Of a stretch of 30,702 bases of DNA, positions 9,379-18,474 are shown piece after piece. The translations under genes and the position numbers were made by a program. Below the pieces are notes generated by a model. That model made no database searches. It worked only from the letters and a program-made list of their open reading frames with translations, and was not told the origin of the DNA. The stretch comes from a virus (Duplodnaviria; Caudoviricetes): the IMG/VR virus record IMGVR_UViG_3300017747_001564, positions 1 to 30,702 of that record; one strand, given 5' to 3'. Position 1 is the first letter of the stretch; every line of letters starts with the position of its first letter.

Positions 9379-10026
9379 TTAGATTAGCATCACGTTGAAC
9401 GGCGAGGCTTGCATAATAACCCAATTTGTGCCGTCTGACACTAGCGTCGCCCAATTACCAGCAACATCATCCAGAATAGCTGTGCCCGCCGCGCCGCCGG
9501 CCCGCGGTACGACGTTTGATGACGCCGATACGAGAAACTGATTTTGGTAGTTTTGAAAGGTGATGTAGCGCCCCGGGTACGCCGACGCGGATGGCAGCGT
9601 AACTGTGCAGGTTGACCCTGATTTGTTGTTGATGACCCAAACCGCGGCCGCCGCCACGGTAAAGTCAGCCGTTTCAGTGACCGGCGCTGAAGGGTCGTCT
9701 ATGATGGCAAGCACGGACAGCGCGTCGAGCGGCGCCGGGGTTAGGGATAGCGCCTGTATTTCGCTCTGCACCACAGCCAAATCAGACGCTGATGCGGCGT
9801 CGGGCGCGCTTTCCAGCCCTTCGATAGCACTGCCAAAAATGGTATCGTAAGCCGCCAGCAGCGAGGATGTGTCGGGCGCCAGTTCCGTTTCTTGCTGGTT
9901 GGTCTGCGTCGCTGTCAGCAGCGACAAGAAGAACCGATACCACTCACGGCTGATCGCGCCGGACCGCGGGTCGATAAAGTCAACCCGCGGCGGCGTAAGC
10001 TGTGTGGGGTTAATCGGTGCGACCAT
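9379..10026 (-). CDS. tail needle/fibre-like protein (gp26 position)
   Basis: N-terminal 'PPRVDFIDPRSGAISREWYRFF' directly after the gp10-like gene; C-terminal beta domain 'TVTLPSAS..PGR...LVSDGTNWVIM'. Confidence 0.6.
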   Translation of the reverse strand: MVAPINPTQLTPPRVDFIDPRSGAISREWYRFFLSLLTATQTNQQETELAPDTSSLLAAYDTIFGSAIEGLESAPDAASASDLAVVQSEIQALSLTPAPLDALSVLAIIDDPSAPVTETADFTVAAAAVWVINNKSGSTCTVTLPSASAYPGRYITFQNYQNQFLVSASSNVVPRAGGAAGTAILDDVAGNWATLVSDGTNWVIMQASPFNVMLI

Positions 10027-11459
10027 CAGGCCCGCGTCCCGCTCAGGATCAGTTCCGCGCCCATGATGTAGATGCGGACCGGGTCAGTGCCGGACAATTC
10101 GTAGACGCGGTCGCGTATCTTCATCGTCGCGCCCAGCCGGCGCCAGATCGTGCGGAAGCCGTACCGGCCGATGCGGCCCATCGACTTCCAGTGCTCGTTC
10201 GACCACGTATGGCCACCGTCGTCGGAGAAGCGCAGCATGACCTGCGGGTTGCTACCCTGTCCGATGTTAAGGCCGACGCCCGTCTCGCAGTCGAGTTGCA
10301 TCCCGTGCTGGATCGTGCGCGTCAGGTTGTTCGCGCCGGTGGGCAGCGCCCGCCACGAGCGCAGCCACTTCTGCGGCTGGCCGTCGTCGGAATAGACCTC
10401 AAGGTCTAGCTTGTAGATTTTGCCGTTCTGGTAGTCGCCGACTACGTTGGTGGCGTTGTAGAACATCTGGCTGTTGCCGCGGTGACGGTTGAAGTCGCCG
10501 TTCTGGAACGAGGCGCGCTCATGCCATGCGCCGGTCGCCACGTCGAACACCCACGTCGTGTTGGCGGTCGGGAAGTTCAGCACGTAGAAGCTGTGGCCGT
10601 CCTGCTGGTAGGTGTAGCCGACCGCGTCCGACAGGTCGGGGTACTCCTGTAGCTGCCACTCGATTGCGTGCGTCGAGATGCGCTGGCCCATGTAGCCAGC
10701 CGCGCGGAAGACCATGCCCTGACCGCGGGCGTCCTTGCCCAGCCAGTAAATCTGGTTATCCATCTTGGCGATGGAGTACGGGGCCGCGCAGCCGAGTTCG
10801 TTGTAGGCGCCCTGAATACGGGACAGCGGGAAGTCGAGCAGGCCGGCGTTGTACCAGACCTCGGTCGAGTTCGTGCCGAACACCCAGACTTCGCGGTGAT
10901 CGACAAAGATCGCCACGACATCGTCAGGGTTGCCTTCGGCGCTGGCGAAGTCCAGCGGATCGACGCTGGCGCCGTCCAGCAACTGCGTCACCCAAATCTT
11001 CTGGCTGTTCGGTTCGTTGAACACGAAGTAGCCGTCGAGATATCCGACCGTCACCGCGCCGGGGAAGTCCGGATCGGTGATCTGCTGGAACACGTCGGTG
11101 TTAACGTTGTAGATGTAGCCCTGCGGGTTGGCCGCCACGAATAGCTGGATGCCGTTGTCGGACATACTGACCGGGCCGGCGCCGGCGATGGTGCCCTTGG
11201 AGACGGCGTTCCAGTTGCTGTCCACCTGAAACAGCGTCGGGCCGGACACGACGTAGCCGTAATCGCCGAACTGCCACATCCCGCGGATCGGGCCGACGCC
11301 GATAGTCGCCAGCGCGGTCAGGCCGGGCGCGCGCTGAAGGAAGGCAGGCTCTTTGCCGCCCTCCGGAACAATTTCCGGGAACAGGTTGACCATGCGGTTG
11401 TCGGCGGCGTTGACGCTGCGAGCGACATACGCCGATCCCAAGATCGGCGTCTTCATCAA
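10026..11459 (-). CDS. P22 gp10-like packaged-DNA stabilization / tail hub protein
   Basis: 477 aa; 'RMVNLFPE', 'LDFASAEGNPD', 'RISTHAIE', 'MLRFSDDGGHTWS' motifs of the gp10 family. Confidence 0.85.
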   Translation of the reverse strand: MMKTPILGSAYVARSVNAADNRMVNLFPEIVPEGGKEPAFLQRAPGLTALATIGVGPIRGMWQFGDYGYVVSGPTLFQVDSNWNAVSKGTIAGAGPVSMSDNGIQLFVAANPQGYIYNVNTDVFQQITDPDFPGAVTVGYLDGYFVFNEPNSQKIWVTQLLDGASVDPLDFASAEGNPDDVVAIFVDHREVWVFGTNSTEVWYNAGLLDFPLSRIQGAYNELGCAAPYSIAKMDNQIYWLGKDARGQGMVFRAAGYMGQRISTHAIEWQLQEYPDLSDAVGYTYQQDGHSFYVLNFPTANTTWVFDVATGAWHERASFQNGDFNRHRGNSQMFYNATNVVGDYQNGKIYKLDLEVYSDDGQPQKWLRSWRALPTGANNLTRTIQHGMQLDCETGVGLNIGQGSNPQVMLRFSDDGGHTWSNEHWKSMGRIGRYGFRTIWRRLGATMKIRDRVYELSGTDPVRIYIMGAELILSGTRA

Positions 11460-12166
11460 TAGTTCCCGGCGAAGATGTTGAACCGCTGACGGGTCGCCAC
11501 GATGCTGTAGGGCATCGACATGATGTCGTCAGGGTTGTTGATCCGCTTGAGGTTGCGCTTGCTGGTCATGGCGATGCGCTGCACCTGCGGCGTTGGCTCC
11601 ATACCAAATTCCGGTGCCATCTCGGTCGCCAGATTGTAGCGAAAGGCGCGCAGGTAGCCCGGCGGGAAGTGCAGTTGCGTGGCCAGCGTGGCGGGCTTGG
11701 TCAGTTCCTCGACGGAGATGAAGTGCCACTCCAGCGCGCGCGTCGGGCGCGGGTAGATGTACATCTCCACGTCGGGGAAGGTGTTGTTGACGAAAATCAC
11801 CTGCGGGAACGTCGAAGTCACGGTCTTGACCGCGATGCCGTTGTACTGCTGCTGGTTGATGAATTTGATGCCGTAGCTGATGCCGGTGCTGGCGTCGCGG
11901 AAATAGGTGCTGTCGTCGAGCAGCACGGGGCGGTTGCCGACAAAGTCGCCGCTAGGGCCGAGCGTGCGCGAAAGCTGACCGGACGGCCATGTGAACACCT
12001 GATCCTGCGTTGCGAACACGGACAGACGTTCCGTATTCCAACTGTCGATCATTTGGTTCATCGCGTTCAAGGCGTCCTGAGACGTTTCAGCCGAAGGCAC
12101 TTCACCTTCGGCCAGAACACCTAGGAGCCTGAGCGAACCGTTGATGATGTCGCCGGCCGTGGTCAT
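11456..12166 (-). CDS. P22 gp4-like head-to-tail adaptor
   Basis: 'TAGDIINGSLRLLGVLA.GE......DAL..MNQMIDSW' and 'AFRYNLATEMAPEFG'. Confidence 0.8.
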   Translation of the reverse strand: MTTAGDIINGSLRLLGVLAEGEVPSAETSQDALNAMNQMIDSWNTERLSVFATQDQVFTWPSGQLSRTLGPSGDFVGNRPVLLDDSTYFRDASTGISYGIKFINQQQYNGIAVKTVTSTFPQVIFVNNTFPDVEMYIYPRPTRALEWHFISVEELTKPATLATQLHFPPGYLRAFRYNLATEMAPEFGMEPTPQVQRIAMTSKRNLKRINNPDDIMSMPYSIVATRQRFNIFAGNY

Positions 12167-12169
12167 CGC

Positions 12170-12385
12170 TTAGTCTTCCTGCGCTGCGCGGCGGCGTCCG
12201 CGGGGCTTGAGTTCCGCCATTTCGTTCACGGCCTCGACTTCTTCGTCTTCGTCGTCAACGTCCGCCGCAGCCGGCGTGCTTATATCATAGCGTTCCCAGC
12301 CGTGCATTTCATCTGAAATCGCTTCGTACTCGCTGATAGCGACCTTAGCGCCGTGCACAGGGTGAACCATGTAGATTACAGACAT
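12170..12385 (-). CDS. hypothetical protein (71 aa)
   Basis: GAGG RBS; fills the gap in the late operon; acidic then basic C-terminus. Confidence 0.7.
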   Translation of the reverse strand: MSVIYMVHPVHGAKVAISEYEAISDEMHGWERYDISTPAAADVDDEDEEVEAVNEMAELKPRGRRRAAQED

Positions 12386-12396
12386 AGGAACCTCGT

Positions 12397-12422
12397 AAAA
12401 TGGACGGCCCGAAGGCCGTCCA
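12397..12422 (-). terminator. intrinsic terminator with cUUCGg loop
   Basis: Minus strand TGGACGGCC-TTCG-GGCCGTCCA followed by TTTT. Confidence 0.7.
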
Positions 12423-12428
12423 ACCTAA

Positions 12429-12839
12429 TTAAAGGCAGTGAATAACCGCGAAGTTGATCGTAATCGCTTCGCTCAAGTTACCGCCGCTGATGTTACGCAC
12501 GGTAATGGTGCATGACCCAGTAGCTTTGCTGGAAATCCAGCAGTTGTAAGCCCCCGCAGTAGCACCCGCAGCGACGTTCAAAATGGTAACGTCTCTGGCG
12601 CTGATCGTGCTGTTGTTTAGCGTGAAGGTCACGTTGGTCGCGGCGTTCAAAGTCGCGCCGTTCATAACGATCTGACCCGCAGACTTGTTGAGCGTAACAG
12701 GCTCTGCCTTGCTAACGCCCTGCGTCACCGTGCCTTGAGCGGCGGCGGTGTAGCCAAGTTCGCTGTCAACGTAGACAAAATCTGCGCCGCGGATGTCTTG
12801 GTCGAGGAAGGCAACGCCAATTGCTTGGGTGTTCGCCAT
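12429..12839 (-). CDS. putative capsid decoration/accessory protein (136 aa)
   Basis: Beta-rich, Thr/Ala/Asn-rich; AGGAG RBS; second gene after the coat gene. Confidence 0.55.
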   Translation of the reverse strand: MANTQAIGVAFLDQDIRGADFVYVDSELGYTAAAQGTVTQGVSKAEPVTLNKSAGQIVMNGATLNAATNVTFTLNNSTISARDVTILNVAAGATAGAYNCWISSKATGSCTITVRNISGGNLSEAITINFAVIHCL

Positions 12840-12860
12840 TTCGTTTCTCCTGAAAAGGTT

Positions 12861-12880
12861 GCCCCGGCCGAAGCCGGGGC
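12861..12880 (-). promoter_or_regulatory. intergenic cUUCGg hairpin
   Basis: Minus strand GCCCCGGC-TTCG-GCCGGGGC; the U-tract is displaced by 4 nt. Confidence 0.65.
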
Positions 12881-12887
12881 GAACCGA

Positions 12888-13292
12888 TTAGTTTGCGATG
12901 CGGTAGAGGGTGTAGGTGCCCACGCCGGTCTTGACGGCGCGGAACCCAACAGCCTTGCCAGCTTCGCCGGCGCCCGAACCGACCAGCGTCCAGCCCGTAC
13001 CGGCCGTCAGCGTACCGGCGCCAGCGCCGGTGCTCAGAAGAGCGAAGTCGAAGCACGAGCCGACCTTGGCGCTGCTGACGCGGGCATCAACGCCGCCAAC
13101 GCCAGTAACAGCCGGAAGGGCGAGGTTAGCGCCGCTGCCCGAAGTGAAGACGATCAGCCCCTGCTCAAGATTGAGCACGGTCAAAGTCGCCGCGCCGGTG
13201 TAGGCAACCGGAATTGCCTGCACGCCGAGCAGCGCCTGATCAAGGTTGCCATCGCCGACCTGATAACCGCCGGCACCGTTAGGAAGAGTCAT
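12888..13292 (-). CDS. putative capsid decoration protein (134 aa)
   Basis: Gly/Ala/Thr-rich beta protein directly after the coat gene; AAAGGA RBS. Confidence 0.6.
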   Translation of the reverse strand: MTLPNGAGGYQVGDGNLDQALLGVQAIPVAYTGAATLTVLNLEQGLIVFTSGSGANLALPAVTGVGGVDARVSSAKVGSCFDFALLSTGAGAGTLTAGTGWTLVGSGAGEAGKAVGFRAVKTGVGTYTLYRIAN

Positions 13293-13315
13293 GATAAAAT
13301 CCTTTCAAGTGGTGT

Positions 13316-13337
13316 GCCCCCGGCCGGAGCCGGGGGC
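13316..13337 (-). promoter_or_regulatory. intergenic UNCG hairpin after the coat gene
   Basis: Minus strand GCCCCCGGC-TCCG-GCCGGGGGC, no U-tract. Confidence 0.65.
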
Positions 13338-13346
13338 GGGTTCAGG

Positions 13347-14555
13347 TTAGCCCCAGACGCGGCAAGCCATCTGCGGACGGATCGTGCTGTAGCCGTACAG
13401 AACGTCAATACGGCAGGGCATACGGTCGTTGTTGATGTCGTACTGACGAACAACGCGCAGGCTGATGCCGTTGTGAACCTGACGCGACGCCATATCGACG
13501 CCCTGCGGAAGCAGAAGGTCGGCGGTGGCGAAGGTGATCGCGTCCTTGTGGTACACGAGGTTCTGGGCGTACTGCTGGCCGGCAGCGCCGACGAACACGA
13601 CGGCCTGACCGTTGCCCGGCAGCGACGAGACGGTGGCAAGCGCGTGGTTGGCCGAGTAGATCGGAGCCACGGTGATGTTGCCAGCGCCAGCGCCGTCCAG
13701 CGTCACGTTTGCCAAAGCGACAAACTGGAACAGCGAGCCGGTGCTTTCGCGGGTCTGCGGGTTGACAGCGAAGCAGCCGTTGACGGTGAACACGTCGCCA
13801 GCGCGGACGGTGTCGTTGTTACCAGCGCCGGTGATGGCGATGGTGGTTGCGCCTTCGGCAGTCACAGCAGCCGACAGCGAGCCGCCGATGGCGTCGCGGG
13901 TGCCGGTGGTGAACTGCTTGATCGACTGCGACATATTGATTTCGTCGAAGCCGAGCACGCCGGTGCCCATCATGCCGTTCTTGAACTGCTTGCTGATGGT
14001 GTCGGTGGGGTTGAAGAGGCCCTTCATGCCTTCGACCAGACCAGCGTTGGCGGCCGGGTTGACGGTCGCGTAGCGCGGCGACATCACGGCGGCGTTTTCG
14101 TTCAGCTTCTGCTGGGCAGCCAGCAGCACAGCCGAAGTGGCCGGGGTGATGCCCGGGGTGCCGACCGAGTTGCCGATGGTGGCGAACGAGTTGGCAACGT
14201 CTGCGTCGATGCTGGACGCAAGCTGCGAAATACGCGGCTTGAGAACACGCTCGGCGAAGTCGTCAAGCTGCATGGTCAGTTCGGCCGAAGTGAAGTTCAC
14301 GCCGATGTGCTTCTGCGAAGCAACGGTCAGGGTGGTGAACTGTTCGTTGTCGTCCTGCACCTGAAGGGCAGCGCCGTCGGTGACGAGGGCACGGTCAGGC
14401 AGACGGATGCGCAGGGTCGAGCCGATCTTGGCGCCTTCCACTGCGAAGCTGTCGTCGTACTGACGGTTGACGTTGCGGGTGAGCACGAGGTTGTTCTCGA
14501 GGATTTCGAGAGCCTTCCGCGTGATCATGTCGATAGTAAGAATGCTGTTGGACAT
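13347..14555 (-). CDS. major capsid protein, P22 coat (gp5) family
   Basis: 'MSNSILTIDMITRKALEILENNL..TRNVNRQYDDSF...GAKIGSTLRIRLP' and C-terminal 'CRIDVLYGY..IRP'. Confidence 0.92.
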   Translation of the reverse strand: MSNSILTIDMITRKALEILENNLVLTRNVNRQYDDSFAVEGAKIGSTLRIRLPDRALVTDGAALQVQDDNEQFTTLTVASQKHIGVNFTSAELTMQLDDFAERVLKPRISQLASSIDADVANSFATIGNSVGTPGITPATSAVLLAAQQKLNENAAVMSPRYATVNPAANAGLVEGMKGLFNPTDTISKQFKNGMMGTGVLGFDEINMSQSIKQFTTGTRDAIGGSLSAAVTAEGATTIAITGAGNNDTVRAGDVFTVNGCFAVNPQTRESTGSLFQFVALANVTLDGAGAGNITVAPIYSANHALATVSSLPGNGQAVVFVGAAGQQYAQNLVYHKDAITFATADLLLPQGVDMASRQVHNGISLRVVRQYDINNDRMPCRIDVLYGYSTIRPQMACRVWG

Positions 14556-14570
14556 GGTGGTATTCCCAAA

Positions 14571-15356
14571 TTAGCGGTTGCGTTGTGCCTCGTACTTCTT
14601 GATCTGCCGCAGCCGTTCCGCTTCGATCCATTCCGACGTGCTCATCGACTTGGTCGAGCGAGGGTCGGTGGTGTCATACCGCGGCGTTCCTTGCGAACGA
14701 GCCGTGACAGGAGCAATCGGTGCCGGGGCGTTGGAGGTTCTTTTGACCGGAGGTTCGGCGCCGAGCCTAGCTTCGATCTTTCCAATTTCCCGAGCCTGCA
14801 AGATAGGGTCAAGACGCGAAATCCGTGCGGCTTCGTTCGGGCTGTTTCCGAGGTGGTATAGCACGTCGGGGCCGATCTCAGACGCTTGGATAGCCCGAGC
14901 CATCGCTTCCGTCACGGGGAGGTTCGGGTTGTAAGCGACCTGTTCGAAGTCGTCGTACTTGTCCCGCACCGCCTCTTCACGGTCGTGATAGGCTTCGAGA
15001 TACGCGCGCTGCTGTTGTTCCGCTTCGCGGCGTGACAGCAGTTCTAAGGCTTTACTTTCGGCCAGAGCCTCTGCGTAATCCTCGTAAGTCTCAAACTGTT
15101 CCGGAGCAATGTCGGTCGGCTGGCGCCGCGTCTGCTGTTCCGTAATCCGTTGAGCCTGCTCGCGTTCCCACTTGCGCTGCTCTCTTGCAAGACGCTTGCC
15201 GACAATCGCGTCAAGTTCTTCCTGAGTGAAGGTCTTGGACGCTTCCTGTTCGACAGGCTGCTCTTCCGGCGTTTCGGTTTCTACAGGTTCTGGAGCCGCC
15301 GTGGTTTCCAGTTCTGGCGCGGGCACATCCGCTAGTTCAGGAGCATCATCGCTCAT
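14571..15356 (-). CDS. scaffolding protein
   Basis: Acidic N-terminus, 'KTFTQEELDAIVGKRLARE', 'GPDVLYHLG', 'QAREIGKIE'; directly upstream of the coat gene. Confidence 0.85.
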   Translation of the reverse strand: MSDDAPELADVPAPELETTAAPEPVETETPEEQPVEQEASKTFTQEELDAIVGKRLAREQRKWEREQAQRITEQQTRRQPTDIAPEQFETYEDYAEALAESKALELLSRREAEQQQRAYLEAYHDREEAVRDKYDDFEQVAYNPNLPVTEAMARAIQASEIGPDVLYHLGNSPNEAARISRLDPILQAREIGKIEARLGAEPPVKRTSNAPAPIAPVTARSQGTPRYDTTDPRSTKSMSTSEWIEAERLRQIKKYEAQRNR

Positions 15357-15410
15357 TTGGTTTTGACCTTTCCAGTCACCTGATGTTCCGCATCAGTACG
15401 GTTGCAGGCC

Positions 15411-15439
15411 AGCCTACAACATTTGTTGCAGGCTGGCAA
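15411..15439 (-). promoter_or_regulatory. sigma70-type promoter for scaffold/coat, embedded in a 30-bp palindrome
   Basis: Minus strand TTGCCA-17 nt-TAGGCT, inside the inverted repeat 15408-15437. Confidence 0.55.
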
Positions 15440-15447
15440 TCTCGTGG

Positions 15448-16491
15448 TTAAGCCCGCAGCGCTTGCAACTCTGCGGCAAGCAGTGCCTGCTTGTAGTACG
15501 ACAGCTTGGCCGCGGTTCCGTTGCCGATTACAAGCGAAGACGCTGACTGGTTAGTTGAGTACGAATTTGCGTACTTTTTGAGCGTGGTCGCGTCTGCGGT
15601 CAGCGTAAACGTGCCTGCGGTAAGGATCGTGCCGCCGCTGCGCGCGTCGGTCTGGATATACCATGTTCCTGCGCCGACGTTATACCAACTGCTGAAGTTC
15701 GTCCCGGTCATCGTCACAACGTCAGCGTTGCGCGTCAGGCTGGTCGTGGTCGTGGGGATGTAGCTGGTGAGAAACGCGCCAGCTTCGGTCTGCACGCCCC
15801 AGAGAAAAAGGCCGCTCGTGCCATCGCCCGTATAGGTATTGCTCCCCGTATCGTCACAAAGCAAAATAAGACTGCCGGATGCGTTTGATGGCGTAAAAGC
15901 CACCGAACACCTATACCATCCGTTTGCTAGCGCCTGTATAGACGCTCTTCCGCCAATGTTAGTAAAAACGGTTCCGCTATCTAAATCCCAAACCGCTTGA
16001 AAGCCTTGAGCGTTGAACCCGGCCCCACCAAACCCGACTTTGCTTCTTTCTTTTTTCTTAGCGTAAAAAGAACAAACAACGGGCGTCCCTACAACACTAG
16101 CTGTGCTTTGTATAGAGTGCGTGGAAGTCGCTGTGTTTTCCACCAACGTATCTGCGTTGGTCAATCCGCTCGGCGAAGTAGTGCTATTATCGACTATAGA
16201 CGCATTCGATTTCGTCCACACAGCGTTCCCAAGTTCTTCTGAATACGCGAGCGCATTTATGCGCTGCTCTTCAATAAGCAGACCTTTTGGCTGAAGCGTC
16301 ACGGGGTCATAGTCAAAACGCGGAAGATCGGCGTTGACTGCTTCGATTAAGCCACTGCTGTTGACACGGGTTGCGGTGTTTAGAGCGCGAGTTACCGTGA
16401 CGCGGGGGTCGAGCGCGCCCGTGGTAAAATCCAGCGCAAGGGACGGCAGCACCCGTTCAGTAGCAGTCAAAGAGAAAGACGGTGTGATCAT
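15448..16491 (-). CDS. fibre/spike protein with putative carbohydrate-binding domain (head-spike-like)
   Basis: 'SLALDFT...TRA..ATRVNSSGLIE.V..DLPRFDYDPVT...GLLIEEQRIN' and 'NGWYRCSV...WGVQTEAGAFLTSYIPTT....TRNAD'; central part is lower in GC. Confidence 0.65.
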   Translation of the reverse strand: MITPSFSLTATERVLPSLALDFTTGALDPRVTVTRALNTATRVNSSGLIEAVNADLPRFDYDPVTLQPKGLLIEEQRINALAYSEELGNAVWTKSNASIVDNSTTSPSGLTNADTLVENTATSTHSIQSTASVVGTPVVCSFYAKKKERSKVGFGGAGFNAQGFQAVWDLDSGTVFTNIGGRASIQALANGWYRCSVAFTPSNASGSLILLCDDTGSNTYTGDGTSGLFLWGVQTEAGAFLTSYIPTTTTSLTRNADVVTMTGTNFSSWYNVGAGTWYIQTDARSGGTILTAGTFTLTADATTLKKYANSYSTNQSASSLVIGNGTAAKLSYYKQALLAAELQALRA

Positions 16492-16545
16492 TTGTTTCAA
16501 CCTACTAAACTTGGCTTGCCGCTACGTCTTGGATTGCGCGTTCCC

Positions 16546-18471
16546 TTACTGCACTTCAATAACGCCGGCCATGACAAGGCGTGCGCCGTCAGCGCCGGGG
16601 TAAGCGTTGTTGTATCTATAAATTAAAAACGTATTGGAACCTGCGAGAATGATGCCTTGCAGCATATCGCCGCTAACTGAACTTTCGCGCCCCGCAATTA
16701 CGAAATCGCTTGCAGCAAGTAGCCCCGATGGTAGCGTTGCTGTTATCGCTGTCGCCCCGGTTCCATTGGTCGTAATCGGGATCGACAACTCCAAAAACAA
16801 CTGCTTGCCGATCTTCTGGTATCGCCCCGCGACCGTCCCAAGTGTGGTTATTGTCCCCGACGCAGCCGCAATCGTCGGCGTGTATGTCGTCCAAACCTCA
16901 TTCGCACCGAGGTTGTTTGCAATGATGGTGTTGCCCGTGGCGGCGTTGCTCAGGTTCGCTCCGACGTTGCCGCGCAGATCGTTGTTGAGAACCTGAATAT
17001 TAGTTCCTGCGCCTGCTATCAGCGCCACACCGGACGCGCCATTGCCGTTCAGACCGCCGTAGTTGCCTATGCGGCAACCTTGAATTGACACGCTGCTGAC
17101 GCCGCTTGCGGCCAAGATGCCATTTTGGCTGTTTTCAGCGATGCTGCAACTATGGATGCGTGTGTCGGTGACGGCAGTAGCCGTGACGGCGATACCGTCG
17201 CCGCCATTAAGAAAGACATGGCAACCGTTGAAGTCGGTGCCGCTGATAAAACCGCCGCCTGTTGCCTCAAAACGGACACCCTCAAAAATAGAACTTGAAA
17301 ACCAACACTGATCAAACAATGTGCGAACAATCGCGCCGCCGTTAGCGCGCAGATATGCGCCTCGCGTGGAGTTGTCAAAGAAGCAGTTATTCGCCCAAAC
17401 CGAGGCAATAGTTTGCCCCGGCCCCGGCTCCATATATAGCGCTTGGCCGGAGTTGATTAGCTGAAGGTCTTCCAGCGTGACATCGCCCGCTTGCACGATG
17501 TAAATTCCTGCGAATATCTCAGCGCCTTGGTCGGTGATAATATCGCGTATGGTAACATCAAACCCGGCATCAATGCGGATCGCAACGCCAGTAGAAGCGA
17601 CTGAGTTCAAAATCTGGCCGCGCTCAACAGTCACAGTGGCAATAGCTGCCGTGCGGACGCCGCCGATAGCGCCATCCATTGCAAAATCAGAAAGCCGAAA
17701 ACGATTGGCTGATGCTGCAATATCGACATACCAGCCGCCGCTGCGTGTTACGGAGGATGTAAAGCGCATATTGGAGATAAAAATCTGTTCTGCGCCCGTG
17801 CAATTGAAGATATTGGCGCTCGCGCTGTTCGTGCGAATGTTGGTCGCCCACCCGTCACCATAGTAAACGCCGGGTTTATTAAGGGTAATGGCCGAACTGA
17901 CAAGATAGGTGCCGGCTGGGAAATAGAGCCCGCCGCCGGTTGACGGAAGCGCGGCGACCGCAGCCTGAATAGCTGCCGTGTCATTCGCTATGCCGTCGCC
18001 AACTGCGCCAAAATCTTTGACGGAGACAAAATCTCGCATTTTGGCTTGTGCGGAGCGCGCCGTGGCGCCGGAACCAGCCGGATCAAACCCGATCCAGTCC
18101 GACCCGTCATCATCAGCTAAATCACTAACATATCCGACTTGGCCGTTAAAACCAGTAAAATTAACTGACGTAGCGCCGATAACGGGCGCGACATTGTCAT
18201 AGGTGCCGATTAAAATGGACGCGGCTGTTTCAATTACAAACTTATAACTAGCGCCGCTCGTCAACCAAATCTCGCCGCCCGGCACGCGCCCGGCGCTGTC
18301 CAGAATGATCGGGTTAGCGTGCGGCGTGACGCCCGTTGCGGACGTGTAGGACGCTTGCGGTGTGGTCGAGCCAGCCGCATAGGTAAAGATTTTGCCGCCC
18401 GACAGGATGACGCCGTTGTTGTCAAAGAACTGGCCTGCAAAGCCGGCGATAGGGGAGGGCGTGACCGACAT
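16546..18471 (-). CDS. tailspike with pectate-lyase-3-like right-handed beta-helix
   Basis: N-terminal virion-binding domain 'QFFDNNG..LSGGKIFTYAAG...NPIILDSAGR', then 'VSVKDFGAVGDG..NDTAAIQAA...LYFPAGTY' and beta-helix repeats. Confidence 0.85.
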   Translation of the reverse strand: MSVTPSPIAGFAGQFFDNNGVILSGGKIFTYAAGSTTPQASYTSATGVTPHANPIILDSAGRVPGGEIWLTSGASYKFVIETAASILIGTYDNVAPVIGATSVNFTGFNGQVGYVSDLADDDGSDWIGFDPAGSGATARSAQAKMRDFVSVKDFGAVGDGIANDTAAIQAAVAALPSTGGGLYFPAGTYLVSSAITLNKPGVYYGDGWATNIRTNSASANIFNCTGAEQIFISNMRFTSSVTRSGGWYVDIAASANRFRLSDFAMDGAIGGVRTAAIATVTVERGQILNSVASTGVAIRIDAGFDVTIRDIITDQGAEIFAGIYIVQAGDVTLEDLQLINSGQALYMEPGPGQTIASVWANNCFFDNSTRGAYLRANGGAIVRTLFDQCWFSSSIFEGVRFEATGGGFISGTDFNGCHVFLNGGDGIAVTATAVTDTRIHSCSIAENSQNGILAASGVSSVSIQGCRIGNYGGLNGNGASGVALIAGAGTNIQVLNNDLRGNVGANLSNAATGNTIIANNLGANEVWTTYTPTIAAASGTITTLGTVAGRYQKIGKQLFLELSIPITTNGTGATAITATLPSGLLAASDFVIAGRESSVSGDMLQGIILAGSNTFLIYRYNNAYPGADGARLVMAGVIEVQ

Positions 18472-18474
18472 CTA

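Noticed and set aside
12735-14861. 708-aa + strand ORF antisense to coat/scaffold
   Set aside because: Shadow ORF from high-GC codon bias on the opposite strand; no RBS or recognisable motifs.
15448-18471. Diversity-generating retroelement or invertible tail-fibre cassette
   Set aside because: No reverse transcriptase, invertase or TR/VR repeat pair noticed in the window.
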